NCBI GenBank assembly: GCA_902523515.1
Contig: CABYZT010000003.1
Location: forward strand, 4,368 to 68,367
DNA from: an uncultured Pelagibacteraceae bacterium
GTDB lineage: Bacteria > Pseudomonadota > Alphaproteobacteria > Pelagibacterales > Pelagibacteraceae
DNA: 64,000 bases
Direction of reading: 5' to 3'
In this document: piece after piece, positions 1 to 10,101 of the stretch
How the letters are laid out: every line of letters begins with the position of its first letter
Numbering within the stretch: position 1 is the stretch's first letter
The notes under the pieces: generated by a model
Database searches by the model: none
What the model was told of the DNA's origin: nothing
Seen by the model: the letters and a program-made list of their open reading frames with translations, nothing else
Translations under genes and position numbers: made by a program

Positions 1-1
1 A

Positions 2-1687
2 GGCAAAGTAAGTAGAATTGAACCTTCTTTGCAAGCAGCCTTTGTTGATTTTGGAAGAGAAAGGCATGGGTTTTTATCTTTTAATGACATTCAATCAGAT
101 TATTATCAGATACCAAAAGCAGATTTAGAAAGAATTAAAGAGGAGGAAGAAAAAGCTAGAGAAGAACTTTCAAGAGAAGTTGAGGCTAAAGAAGAGGAAA
201 ATATTGCCGAAGGAAAACTAGAAATTGATGATCCTATAGAAAAGATATCAGAAGAACAAATAGAAGAAGATTCAAATAATAAAGAAAATATTACTGAAAA
301 AGTTAATTTAGATGATGGAAAAGAAAAAAAGAAAGAAAATAGATTTAAGTTTAAAAGATATAAAATTCAAGAAGTAATTAAACCTAACCAAGTAATTCTT
401 GTACAAGTTATTAAAGACGAGAGAGGTCAAAAAGGTGCAGCTTTAAGTACTTTCATTTCTATTGCTGGTAAGTATATAGTATTAATGCCAAACACTCCTA
501 AAGGAGGAGGTATATCAAGAAAAATATTTAATCCTGCTGATAGAAAAAAAATAAGATCAATTTTAAATGAAATTGAAATACCTAAAGAGATGGGATTAAT
601 TGTCAGAACTGCTGGAAGCAATAAAACAAAAAATGAAATAAATAATGATTTAGAAACTTTGATTAATTCTTGGAGTCAAATAAAAGAAAATGCAATAAAC
701 TCTATTGCTCCTTCTTTAATACATCAAGAAAGTGAAATAATAAAAAGAACATTAAGAGATATGTTTGACGAAAATACCCAAAATATAGTTGTAGAAGGTA
801 ACGAGGGTTATAAAAAAGCTCAATCATTCATGAAAACAATGATGCCATCAAATGTCAAAAAAGTAAAAAAATATAGAGGAAAAATTCCACTATTTATTCA
901 GGAAAATATCGAACAAAAGTTAAATCAAATTTTTGACTCTGAAATTAAACTAAAGTCAGGAGGATATTTAGTTATTAACCCGACAGAGGCTTTAGTTTCT
1001 ATAGATATAAATTCTGGAAGTTCAATAAAAGGAAAAAATGTTGAAAGCACTGCTCTAGATACGAATATTGAAGCTGCAGAAGAAATTGCAAGACAAATAA
1101 AGATAAGAGATTTATCTGGTTTAATCATTATAGATTTTATTGACATGCTAAGTTATGGAAATAGAAGATTAGTAGAAAGAAAACTTAAGGAAAAATGCAG
1201 ATCAGACAGAGCTAGAATTCAAATAGGAAGAATAAGTAATTTTGGTCTTCTGGAGATGTCAAGACAAAGACTGAGGGAAAGCGCAATAAAATGGAAAGTT
1301 ACATTAACAGACGAGTCTTTTGCTCAAAAACTTTTAAAAATTGTTGAGTTAAAAGCTGTAATTAACAAGGCTAAATTTGTTGAATTAAAAGTTTGTAAAA
1401 AAATTTCAGATTTCCTTAAAGAAAATTTTGTTAATGACCTTACTTATTTTGAGAAAAAAAATAAAATGAAAATAGATATTATTAGTGATAATTCTTTAAT
1501 TATACCTGAGTACATTATAGATATTAAAAATAAATCAAAAAAGACGATAGATCTAATAGAATATTATGAAAAATTAAAAAATTTAGAAACGCAAAATAAA
1601 GAGGATAAATTTTCAGAAAAAAAAGAAAATAAAAAGATTAATAAAAAAAAATATATTAAAAAAAGGTATTATAAAAAGACTAAATAA
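2..1687 (+). CDS. rne: Ribonuclease E/G family endoribonuclease (5'-partial; frame is open to the window start)
   Basis: GKVSRIEPSLQAAFVDFG S1 motif, KDERGQKGAALST, IDINSG, DLSGLIIIDFIDM, FGLLEMSRQR; acidic S1 insertion typical of alphaproteobacteria. Confidence 0.95.
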   Translation, partial: GKVSRIEPSLQAAFVDFGRERHGFLSFNDIQSDYYQIPKADLERIKEEEEKAREELSREVEAKEEENIAEGKLEIDDPIEKISEEQIEEDSNNKENITEKVNLDDGKEKKKENRFKFKRYKIQEVIKPNQVILVQVIKDERGQKGAALSTFISIAGKYIVLMPNTPKGGGISRKIFNPADRKKIRSILNEIEIPKEMGLIVRTAGSNKTKNEINNDLETLINSWSQIKENAINSIAPSLIHQESEIIKRTLRDMFDENTQNIVVEGNEGYKKAQSFMKTMMPSNVKKVKKYRGKIPLFIQENIEQKLNQIFDSEIKLKSGGYLVINPTEALVSIDINSGSSIKGKNVESTALDTNIEAAEEIARQIKIRDLSGLIIIDFIDMLSYGNRRLVERKLKEKCRSDRARIQIGRISNFGLLEMSRQRLRESAIKWKVTLTDESFAQKLLKIVELKAVINKAKFVELKVCKKISDFLKENFVNDLTYFEKKNKMKIDIISDNSLIIPEYIIDIKNKSKKTIDLIEYYEKLKNLETQNKEDKFSEKKENKKINKKKYIKKRYYKKTK

Positions 1688-2468
1688 TTCCTTTTGATGG
1701 TGAGGATGGATTGCCCATTAAAATTTTGTCTATTCTTCCAGATTTGTAAGATTGTCTTCCTGCAATAACAGCATTTTTAAATGCTAAAGCCATTTCAAAT
1801 GGTTTTTTTGCTTTTGCTATAGCAGTGTTTACAAGCACTCCGTCACATCCTAATTCCATTGCAATTGTAGCGTCTGAAGCTTGACCCAAACCAGCATCAA
1901 TAATTAATGGTAGTTTGGTTTGTTTTCTAATTATTTGAATATTGATTTTGTTTTGTATGCCAAGTCCTGATCCTATTGGCGCAGCTAGGGGCATAATTGC
2001 GTCAGCACCTGAATTCTCTAAACGCTTAGCCATTAAAGGATCATCATTACAATAGACCATAACTTTAAAACCTTCTTTAGCGAGAACTTCTGTAGATTTT
2101 AAAGTTTCAATCATGTCAGGAAATAAATTCTTTTTATCTCCTAAAACTTCTAATTTAACTAACTTCCAACCACCTATTTCTCTTGCTAATCTCAAAGTTC
2201 TCAAAGCCTCTTTTGAATTAAAACATCCAGCAGTATTGGGTAAATATGTAATTTTTTTTGGATCAATATAATCCATAAGCAAAGGCTTATTTTTATTTGA
2301 AATATTAACCCTTCTTACGGCAACTGTTACAATTTCTGCTCCTGAGAGTTTAATTGCTTTTGCGCACTCAGACATACTTTTATATTTTCCAGTTCCAACG
2401 ATTAATCTGGAATTAAATTTTTTATTCGCAATAAGTAGACTATCTTTCTTCAAATTAACCACCTCCAA
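1680..2468 (-). CDS. thiG: Thiazole synthase
   Basis: SRLIVGTGKY, LPNTAGC, VKLEV, MPLAAPIGSGLG, DAGLG motifs; follows thiS. Confidence 0.97.
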   Translation of the reverse strand: MEVVNLKKDSLLIANKKFNSRLIVGTGKYKSMSECAKAIKLSGAEIVTVAVRRVNISNKNKPLLMDYIDPKKITYLPNTAGCFNSKEALRTLRLAREIGGWKLVKLEVLGDKKNLFPDMIETLKSTEVLAKEGFKVMVYCNDDPLMAKRLENSGADAIMPLAAPIGSGLGIQNKINIQIIRKQTKLPLIIDAGLGQASDATIAMELGCDGVLVNTAIAKAKKPFEMALAFKNAVIAGRQSYKSGRIDKILMGNPSSPSKGII

Positions 2469-2673
2469 TAAAATGAACTATTTCAATTTTATCATTTTTA
2501 TTTAATTTTATTTTATTAATTTTTTTTTTATCTATTATTTCTTCATTAAGCTCAATAGCTACTTTATTTAATGGTATTTTTAGATTTTTTAGCACTATAG
2601 AGAGGTTAGAATCTTGAGTTATAGATTTGATTTTACCGTTTATTTTAATTTTTATTTTTTTTATTTTTTTCAT
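2455..2673 (-). CDS. thiS: Sulfur carrier protein ThiS (start moved to ATG at 2673)
   Basis: 72 aa; IKINGK...VAIELNEEII...DKIEIVHFIGGG with C-terminal GG; overlaps the thiG start. Confidence 0.93.
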   Translation of the reverse strand: MKKIKKIKIKINGKIKSITQDSNLSIVLKNLKIPLNKVAIELNEEIIDKKKINKIKLNKNDKIEIVHFIGGG

Positions 2674-2689
2674 CGTATATAAGTGCTGA

Positions 2690-3139
2690 ATGAATAATAA
2701 AATAATTATTATTAATGGTCCAAATCTTAATCTATTAGGAGAAAGAGAACAATCACAATATGGATCAACTACGTTTGAACAACTTAAAGAGAATTGTTCT
2801 AAAAAAGCACAAGAAATTGGTCTTGATGTTGAATTTGCCCAATCTAATGTTGAAGGAGAACTTGTTAACATAATTCAAGATGCTAGGAAAAAATTTGATG
2901 GTATGATTATAAATGCTGCTGGATTTACTCATACTTCTGTGGCCATAAGAGATGCTCTAGATTTATTTAAAAAACCCATAATCGAGATACATTTATCTAA
3001 TATTTATAAAAGAGAAGAATTTAGACATAAATCACTTATAAGTGGTGTCGTAAGTGGAGGAATTTTTGGATTAGGTGCTGAAGGATATATTTTGGCCATA
3101 ATTTCATTAGAAAAGACTTTGCAAAATGAAAATAGATAA
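2690..3139 (+). CDS. aroQ: Type II 3-dehydroquinate dehydratase
   Basis: INGPNLNLLGERE...YG, INAAGFTHTSVAIRDA, EIHLSNIYKREEFRH. Confidence 0.97.
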   Translation: MNNKIIIINGPNLNLLGEREQSQYGSTTFEQLKENCSKKAQEIGLDVEFAQSNVEGELVNIIQDARKKFDGMIINAAGFTHTSVAIRDALDLFKKPIIEIHLSNIYKREEFRHKSLISGVVSGGIFGLGAEGYILAIISLEKTLQNENR

Positions 3140-3560
3140 AAAAATAATTAAAGAATTAAGTGATTATTTAAAAGAATTTAATCTTACTGAAATAGAGATA
3201 ACTGAGAAAGATACTAAAATTAAAGTATCAAAAAATAATGTTTCAATTAGTAACCAACCACAAGTTATTTCGCCCTCATCACCTTCAATAAGTTCAACGC
3301 CTACTCAAGCTCAAAATATTAAATCAGGAACTGAAATTACTTCACCTATAATTGGAACTGCATACCACGCTCCAGAACCTGGTGCTAAAAAGTTTGTTGA
3401 GATTGGAAAAAAAATTAAAAAAGGTGACACAATAATGATTGTTGAGGCAATGAAAACAATGAATCATGTTCCTTCAACAGCAGATGGTGTAGTAAAGGAA
3501 ATTTGTGTTGAAGATGGCCAACCTGTGGAATTTGGCCAAACTATTATTATCCTACAATAA
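3126..3560 (+). CDS. accB: Acetyl-CoA carboxylase biotin carboxyl carrier protein
   Basis: EAMKTMN biotinylation motif; aroQ-accB-accC order. Confidence 0.97.
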   Translation: MKIDKKIIKELSDYLKEFNLTEIEITEKDTKIKVSKNNVSISNQPQVISPSSPSISSTPTQAQNIKSGTEITSPIIGTAYHAPEPGAKKFVEIGKKIKKGDTIMIVEAMKTMNHVPSTADGVVKEICVEDGQPVEFGQTIIILQ

Positions 3561-3563
3561 ATA

Positions 3564-4901
3564 ATGTTTAAAAAAATTTTAATTGCAAACCGTGGGGAGA
3601 TTGCAGTTAGAATTATTAGAGCATGTAAAGAATGGGGAATTCCTTCAGTCGCTGTTCATTCTGATGTAGATAGAGAGAGTATGCATGTTAGAATGGCTGA
3701 TGAAAGTGTATGCATCGGTTCTCATCAACCAGCAAATAGTTACTTAAATATTCCAGCATTAATGTCAGCAATTGAACTTACAAATGCTGATGCTGTTCAT
3801 CCAGGCTATGGTTTTCTTTCTGAAAATGCAAATTTTGCAAAAATTTTAGAGGAGAACAAAATTAATTTTATTGGAGCCTCGTCAAAACATATTGAAATGA
3901 TGGGTGATAAAATCCAAGCAAAAAAAATAGCTAAAGATAATGGATTGCCTGTTATTGAAGGGTCTGAAGGAGGTGTAAAAGATGTTGTTGAAGCAAAAGA
4001 AATTTGTAAAAAAATTGGTTTTCCTGTCTTAATCAAAGCCTCAGGTGGAGGTGGAGGTAAAGGTATGAAAATAGTTTATAAGGAAGAAGAATTTGAAATG
4101 TTGTTTTCAACTGCAAAATCAGAAGCACAAAAATACTTTGGTAATGACGAGGTTTATATTGAAAAATTTTTTCAAAATCCAAGACATATTGAGGTTCAAA
4201 TTTTAGCTGGAAAAAATAGAGTTGTTCACCTTCATGAAAGAGATTGTTCAGTTCAAAGAAGACATCAAAAATTAATAGAGGAAACACCAAGTCCAGTTTT
4301 AAATGATGAAATAAGAAAAGATTTATTTGAAAGAACTGTAAAAATGGTAGCCAAAATAGGTTATATGGGAGCTGGGACTGTTGAGTTTATATATGAAGAT
4401 GGGAAATTTTATTTCCTTGAAATGAATACAAGAGTTCAAGTTGAACATCCAGTAACAGAAATGGTTACAGGGATCGATATAATCAAAGAACAAATTTGGA
4501 TTGCTTTTTCAGGAGAAACAGCTTTGAAACAAAGTGACGTAAATCCTAGAGGACATGCAATTGAATGTAGAATAAATGCTGAGGATGCCAGTAAAAACTT
4601 CCAGCCATCGCCTGGAGTTATTACGATGTGTCATCAACCATCTGGTTTTAGAACCAGAGTTGATGGTGCAATATTTCAAGGATATAAAGTAACACCTTAT
4701 TACGACAGTATGGTTTGTAAATTAATTTGTCATGGAAGAAACCGAACAGAAGCAATTCAAAGAATGAATAGATCTTTAGATGAATTTGTCATTGAGGGAA
4801 TAACAACAACAATACCTCTGCATAAAAAAGTACTAAATCACAAAAAATTTATTAATTCAGACTTTAATGTAAGTTGGCTAGATAAAGACTCAATTGTTTA
4901 A
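3564..4901 (+). CDS. accC: Biotin carboxylase
   Basis: KILIANRGEIA, HPGYGFLSEN, GGGGKGM, ERDCSVQRRHQK, EMNTRVQVEHPVTE. Confidence 0.98.
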   Translation: MFKKILIANRGEIAVRIIRACKEWGIPSVAVHSDVDRESMHVRMADESVCIGSHQPANSYLNIPALMSAIELTNADAVHPGYGFLSENANFAKILEENKINFIGASSKHIEMMGDKIQAKKIAKDNGLPVIEGSEGGVKDVVEAKEICKKIGFPVLIKASGGGGGKGMKIVYKEEEFEMLFSTAKSEAQKYFGNDEVYIEKFFQNPRHIEVQILAGKNRVVHLHERDCSVQRRHQKLIEETPSPVLNDEIRKDLFERTVKMVAKIGYMGAGTVEFIYEDGKFYFLEMNTRVQVEHPVTEMVTGIDIIKEQIWIAFSGETALKQSDVNPRGHAIECRINAEDASKNFQPSPGVITMCHQPSGFRTRVDGAIFQGYKVTPYYDSMVCKLICHGRNRTEAIQRMNRSLDEFVIEGITTTIPLHKKVLNHKKFINSDFNVSWLDKDSIV

Positions 4902-5305
4902 TAACAGCTTACCAACCATACGTCATAGACAGGGTGGTCAAAAGGTTCTATTGAAGGACTAGATGAAAACATCCAACCATTAAAAACAAAAACTTCATCA
5001 TTGTTTTTATTTGTTAAGTCTCTAACTTGAATATAGGCTGTTATTTCTGGATTATCGTCAAATTCAGAATTTTTACATTTAATGCTTTTTATTTCTAGGT
5101 CTTTAAATTTTTTTAATTTTCCATTTTCTAATTTAAGCAAAGTATTTTTTGAACTTATTTTGTCCAAAATTTTAATATCAGTAAAAACTCCTTCTAAATT
5201 ACTTTTTGAATTTGAATTCAAAACTAAACAAAAATAAAATAAAAAAACTAAATAGATTAATTTAAATTTATTCTTTCCAACTTGAGTATTTCTTTTTAAC
5301 ACCAT
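4898..5305 (-). CDS. DUF2155-family exported protein
   Basis: LDKIS..., FNGWMFSSSPSIEPFDHPVYDVWLVSC C-terminus; signal-like N-terminus; usual neighbour of the NDUFA12 gene. Confidence 0.8.
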   Translation of the reverse strand: MVLKRNTQVGKNKFKLIYLVFLFYFCLVLNSNSKSNLEGVFTDIKILDKISSKNTLLKLENGKLKKFKDLEIKSIKCKNSEFDDNPEITAYIQVRDLTNKNNDEVFVFNGWMFSSSPSIEPFDHPVYDVWLVSCY

Positions 5306-5627
5306 CTTTATTTTTATTTGGATAATATGCTGAGTCAGTTCCAGTTAAATTTTCTTGATGTGGTTTTTGCCAGTCATATTTTTCTAAGGTATGTTTTTTC
5401 TCAATTTTATTAGGTGTAAAATGTATCCAAGAAAACCACTCAACAGGAATTTTTGATGCGTCAATTGTGTTTGAATATATAACCCATCTTTTTCCGTTTT
5501 TACTTTCATAATATTTATTACCTAGCTCATCAGTACCGACCAGTTTTCCAAAAAAAATAGTTTTTAGTCTAGTTCCAAAAGTATCTTGATTCCACCATGT
5601 GAAAATTTTTCTTAAGAGTGTCAACAT
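5268..5627 (-). CDS. NADH:ubiquinone oxidoreductase NDUFA12-family subunit
   Basis: FTWWN...GKLVGTDELGNKYY...RWVIY...ASKIPVEWFSWIH...WQKPHQENLTGT. Confidence 0.92.
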   Translation of the reverse strand: MLTLLRKIFTWWNQDTFGTRLKTIFFGKLVGTDELGNKYYESKNGKRWVIYSNTIDASKIPVEWFSWIHFTPNKIEKKHTLEKYDWQKPHQENLTGTDSAYYPNKNKDGVKKKYSSWKE

Positions 5628-5741
5628 AATATTTTTTTATTTATTCAATTAAAAATTGTAAAATTTAAATTAGACTAAAATATGAATATGTATATAAATT
5701 AATTGATTCATTATTCAAATTAAAATTTAAATTGAGGTTAA

Positions 5742-6566
5742 ATGGCAAAGTATTTAGTTGAAACTTATTATACATGTACCTTTAAGGTAAATCATTATTT
5801 AGATGATATTAACGAGGCAGAATTAAATAATTTAGAAAAGAGAGATGATGGGAAATTCGAAGTTTTAGATGTAAAACTTGATAACAGAAAAACAAAAAGC
5901 CTAGACCCCAAAAACAATAAAGTCCTCGAAAATAACAAAGTAGAGGTAGTTAAAGAAACAAATAATAAAAGCGTGATAGGTAAAGAAAGTATAATAAGAA
6001 GTATAAACACAACTAATGAAAAGTCAGGTAAAAGATTTAGCATGCCTGACAGAAGAAAAGGATATATTCAAAAGGCTACTATTGGTGATCACAAAGTCTA
6101 CCTTCATACTGGAGAATATGAAGATGGAAAAATTGGAGAAATATTTATTGATACTAGTAAAGAGGGCGAACTTGTTAAAGCTTTAATGAATAACTTTGCA
6201 ATTGCTGTTTCTTTGGGCCTTCAATATGGTGTTCCGTTAGATGAGTTTATAAGTGCATTTGTTGGTACAAAATTTGAACCATCTGGCAAAGTCCATGGTA
6301 ATGATAGGATTTTAAGCGCCACATCAATTTTGGATTATATTTTCAGAGAATTGGCTATTTCATATCAAAATAGAGAAGATCTAGCCCATACTCCAGCTAT
6401 TGGAGGAAATGATGCTATCAGTGGAGAAGAGCAAAATTCTGAAGATCAAAATCAATTATTAAAAATTGTAAAAGATATTACTAGTAAAGGTTTCGTTAGA
6501 AATAATTATAAAAAAAATCTAGTTGACCTTTCTGATGTAAAAATAAGTTTAAAAGGTAAAAAATAA
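5742..6566 (+). CDS. Stand-alone protein matching only the C-terminal (TSCPD-like) region of class II ribonucleotide reductase NrdJ
   Basis: [37 protein letters not shown]...[23 protein letters not shown]...FEPSG...[14 protein letters not shown]; no catalytic barrel. Confidence 0.8.
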   Translation: MAKYLVETYYTCTFKVNHYLDDINEAELNNLEKRDDGKFEVLDVKLDNRKTKSLDPKNNKVLENNKVEVVKETNNKSVIGKESIIRSINTTNEKSGKRFSMPDRRKGYIQKATIGDHKVYLHTGEYEDGKIGEIFIDTSKEGELVKALMNNFAIAVSLGLQYGVPLDEFISAFVGTKFEPSGKVHGNDRILSATSILDYIFRELAISYQNREDLAHTPAIGGNDAISGEEQNSEDQNQLLKIVKDITSKGFVRNNYKKNLVDLSDVKISLKGKK

Positions 6567-6567
6567 T

Positions 6568-8352
6568 TTATTTTTTATTTTTTAAAATTAGATTTAATTC
6601 TTTCAATTGATCTGAATTTACCTCAGATGGTGCATTCATCATCAAATCTTGCGCGTTTTGATTCATTGGAAACATAGTAACTTCCCTAATGTTTTTCTCA
6701 TTAGCAAGTAACATTACTATCCTATCAATACCAGGTGCTATTCCTCCGTGTGGTGGTGCACCATAACTAAGTGCATTAATCATGCCACTAAATTTTTCAT
6801 CTACTTGATTTTTGTCATATCCTGCAATGGAAAAAAGTTTATACATAAGTTCTGGTTTATGATTTCTAATTGCTCCTGAAGATAATTCTATACCATTACA
6901 AACTATATCGTATTGATATGCAAGTATGTCTAATGGGTTTTCATAATCTTTTTCACTCAATTCACCTTGAGGCATTGAAAATGGATTGTGACTAAATTCA
7001 ATCTTGTTTGTTAATTCATCTTTTTCAAACATTGGGTAGTCTACAATCCAGCAAAATGCGAAAACATTTTCATCAATTAAATTTAGATCTTTTGCGATTT
7101 TATCTCTTGCTAGTGCAGTAATTTTCTCTAATTCGTCTTGTTTTCCACAAGCCATGAAAATACTATCCCCTATTTCACAGTTTGTTTTTTGCATGATTTC
7201 AGCCAATGCATCATGAGAAAAAAATTTTCCTACAGGGCCTTTTGCTGAAATATCTTTATCTTTTTCAAAAGTAAAATAAGCTAAACCAGAAGCACCTTCT
7301 TCTTTTGCCCATTTATCAATATTATCAAAAAAACTTCTTGGCTTATCTTTCGTATTTTTTGTAATAATACATCTTACTTTAGATCCAGATTTTACTAATT
7401 TTTTAAATATTTCGAATGAAACATCTTGTCTAGTAAAAATTTCAGTTATATCATTTATAATCAGCGGGTTTCTTAAATCTGGTTTATCAGTACCATATTT
7501 AAGCATTGCGTCCTTGTAAGAAATCTTTGGAAATTTATCAAACATCAGTTTTTTAGTAGAAAAATTTTTAAATGTATTAACCATTAACTTTTCAACAACA
7601 TTAAATACATCTTCTTGCTCAACAAATGACATTTCCAAATCTAATTGATAAAACTCTCCAGGACTTCTGTCTGCTCTTGCATCTTCATCTCTGAAACAAG
7701 GTGCAATTTGAAAGTACCTATCAAAGCCAGAAACCATAATTAATTGTTTAAATTGCTGAGGTGCTTGAGGTAATGCGTAAAATTTTCCTGGATTTAAACG
7801 ACTAGGTACTAAAAAATCTCTAGCACCCTCTGGACTAGATGATGTTAAAATAGGTGTTTGAAATTCTAAAAAACCTAATTTAGTCATTTCATTTCGGATA
7901 TATGAAATAACTTTAGATCTTAAAATAATATTTTCATGAATTTTTTTTCTTCTTAAATCTAAAAATCTATATTTCAATCTTATTTCTTCAGCATACTCTT
8001 GATCACTAAAGATTGGCATAGGGAGCTCCTTACAAGTACCTAAAACTTCATGATGCTCAATAACAACCTCAATTTCACCAGTGTCAATCTCAGAATTAAT
8101 TGTTTCTTTAGATCTGTTAACAACTTTCCCCTCAACTTTAATTACTGTTTCTAATTGCATTTTTTCTAAATCAGAAAAATATTTATTATCTTTATCAATT
8201 ATACATTGGGTAATTCCATAATTATCTCTCAAATCAATAAATAATAAATTCCCATGGTCTCTTTTTTTATTTATCCAGCCAGAAAGAGAAATTTTTTTAT
8301 CTACATCCTCTTTTCTTAATTCATTACACTTGTGCGTTCTGTATTTATTCAA
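6568..8352 (-). CDS. aspS: Aspartate-tRNA ligase (probably non-discriminating Asp/Asn)
   Basis: YRTHKC, RDHG (His typical of the non-discriminating type), PEGARDFLVPSR, LPQAPQQFKQ, CFRDED, GAPPHGG. Confidence 0.97.
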   Translation of the reverse strand: MNKYRTHKCNELRKEDVDKKISLSGWINKKRDHGNLLFIDLRDNYGITQCIIDKDNKYFSDLEKMQLETVIKVEGKVVNRSKETINSEIDTGEIEVVIEHHEVLGTCKELPMPIFSDQEYAEEIRLKYRFLDLRRKKIHENIILRSKVISYIRNEMTKLGFLEFQTPILTSSSPEGARDFLVPSRLNPGKFYALPQAPQQFKQLIMVSGFDRYFQIAPCFRDEDARADRSPGEFYQLDLEMSFVEQEDVFNVVEKLMVNTFKNFSTKKLMFDKFPKISYKDAMLKYGTDKPDLRNPLIINDITEIFTRQDVSFEIFKKLVKSGSKVRCIITKNTKDKPRSFFDNIDKWAKEEGASGLAYFTFEKDKDISAKGPVGKFFSHDALAEIMQKTNCEIGDSIFMACGKQDELEKITALARDKIAKDLNLIDENVFAFCWIVDYPMFEKDELTNKIEFSHNPFSMPQGELSEKDYENPLDILAYQYDIVCNGIELSSGAIRNHKPELMYKLFSIAGYDKNQVDEKFSGMINALSYGAPPHGGIAPGIDRIVMLLANEKNIREVTMFPMNQNAQDLMMNAPSEVNSDQLKELNLILKNKK

Positions 8353-9015
8353 TTAAACCTCTAATGCTTCTTTTATAATTTTAAAATCGATTGGTTTCTT
8401 TCTTTTTAAACTAATTTCGTCGATTTTATATATGAAATCGGAAATTTTGCCATAAGTTCTATGAATTCTCTTAATTATAAATTCAATAAGTTTTTGGTCT
8501 ATTGATATTTGACGATCAGAAAGATTTTTTAATATTAGTGCATAAATTAAATCATCACCAGGTTTTTCAATTTGAGATAAAATAAAATTAGTAGATCTTG
8601 AATTGAGATCATTTAATTTAAATTTAAATTCAACTATTGGTATTTTTGAGGTTACTATTAAATACTTATTATCCTGATCAATTATATTTATAAGTGTAAA
8701 TAATAAGTTTTCATTTATCTTTTCAGTCAAATCCTCAACAATAATATTTTCATGTATTTTAATTTGTTCAAGAAAGTCATTATTAATATCTTTTGCATTA
8801 ATTTTAATTCCTCTATACTTTTCTAAAAATATATTTATTAAATGACTTTTTCCTGAAAACTTTTCACCTATTAAGTTTATAAAATTTTTATCCCATTTTG
8901 GCCAACTATTTAAAAGGCTAAAAGAGTGTTCATTGCTGCTTGAAACATAAAAATCCTGATCTTTAAAATTTTGCTCATAATCAAATTTAATTATTTGCTG
9001 ATTAAGATTTGTCAT
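8353..9015 (-). CDS. HdaA/DnaA-related regulatory inactivator (AAA+)
   Basis: FYVSSSN, Walker A GEKFSGKS, DLNSR; DUF2066-hda pair divergent from purM. Confidence 0.8.
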   Translation of the reverse strand: MTNLNQQIIKFDYEQNFKDQDFYVSSSNEHSFSLLNSWPKWDKNFINLIGEKFSGKSHLINIFLEKYRGIKINAKDINNDFLEQIKIHENIIVEDLTEKINENLLFTLINIIDQDNKYLIVTSKIPIVEFKFKLNDLNSRSTNFILSQIEKPGDDLIYALILKNLSDRQISIDQKLIEFIIKRIHRTYGKISDFIYKIDEISLKRKKPIDFKIIKEALEV

Positions 9016-10090
9016 TTAAAGCCCAAATTTTATTTTTAATTTCAAAATAATAATTTTGATTGCGCATAACTTCTAAAAACTTATCAGGTGTTCCATTAAA
9101 AATAACTTTATAAAAATTATTTCGATTATCAAACTTATAAATTGAAAAATTATATATCAGATCCATATCAGATAAAATTTTTTCAAATTTATTAATTTTT
9201 ATATTATTGGAATTATCAATAGAAATATTTAAAGATAACTTTACTGAAGTATTGATTTGATTTTGTGATTTCCAAAAATCCTCGTAGACTAATTTTAAAT
9301 AATCAATAAATTCAAATAACTGATCTTCATTATCAAAATTAACCTCATTATAATTTAAATTTTTTAAATTATTATTTTGATTAAAAAAGATTTTGTTAAA
9401 TACTCTTATTTTATTATTATACTTAAATACAATCATGACAATGTGGTCATTTATATTGTATTTTTGTATAATTTCTTTGAAGTCATAAGTTTCCAAAATA
9501 TTAATATTTTGTTTTATCAATCTAAAATCATCTAAATCTTCAGTAGGTAAAATATAATTTAAAAGACTGTATTTTTTATTATTTAAATTCCAACTGGAAA
9601 ATAACTTATTCTCAGAGAACATTAAAACTTGATTTTTATTTTGATCAATGATTACGGGTATGAATAATAAATCTTTTTTCACAGGTAAAGAGGGAAAAAT
9701 ATTTTTCGTTTCTAATAAATCAAATATATTTTTTTTATTAAATGAAACATTTAGGGAAAGATAATAAATTTCATCAATAAACTTTTCTTCTTTAATTGAG
9801 AAAGTTTCTATCATTCCTTTTATTTGATTAATTGATATTTTTTTTAATTTTACCTGATCTTTGCTTTGGACAATTGAAAATATTAATTCATTAAATGCCT
9901 TTATAAATCCTTCATCGATAATTTCATTTTTATTAAAATTTATTTCAAAAGGTGTTGATATTTCAATATCATTTATAGAAAATGTATTTGCATGACTTTT
10001 TCCTGTGGAAAAGAAAATATTTATTAAAGCAAGAAATAAAAAAAAATTATATAAAAGCTTTAAATTACTAAATTGGGAAATAAATTTCAT
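9002..10090 (-). CDS. DUF2066-like exported protein
   Basis: Signal peptide; IETFSIKEEKF...LSLNVSFN; position between purM and hda. Confidence 0.6.
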   Translation of the reverse strand: MKFISQFSNLKLLYNFFLFLALINIFFSTGKSHANTFSINDIEISTPFEINFNKNEIIDEGFIKAFNELIFSIVQSKDQVKLKKISINQIKGMIETFSIKEEKFIDEIYYLSLNVSFNKKNIFDLLETKNIFPSLPVKKDLLFIPVIIDQNKNQVLMFSENKLFSSWNLNNKKYSLLNYILPTEDLDDFRLIKQNINILETYDFKEIIQKYNINDHIVMIVFKYNNKIRVFNKIFFNQNNNLKNLNYNEVNFDNEDQLFEFIDYLKLVYEDFWKSQNQINTSVKLSLNISIDNSNNIKINKFEKILSDMDLIYNFSIYKFDNRNNFYKVIFNGTPDKFLEVMRNQNYYFEIKNKIWALNDKS

Positions 10091-10101
10091 AAAACATATT
10101 A

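Noticed and set aside
120-360. Glu/Lys-rich low-complexity stretch in rne as a repeat or insertion element
   Set aside because: In-frame acidic insertion in the S1 domain, a known feature of alphaproteobacterial RNase E.
2674-2871. TPP riboswitch or N-terminal extension upstream of thiS
   Set aside because: The region is the antisense of aroQ; only 16 bp are intergenic and I see no TPP aptamer core.
5628-5741. NrdR boxes upstream of the nrdJ-like fragment
   Set aside because: Only low-complexity AT palindromes; no convincing ACACxATATxTxGTGT-like pair.
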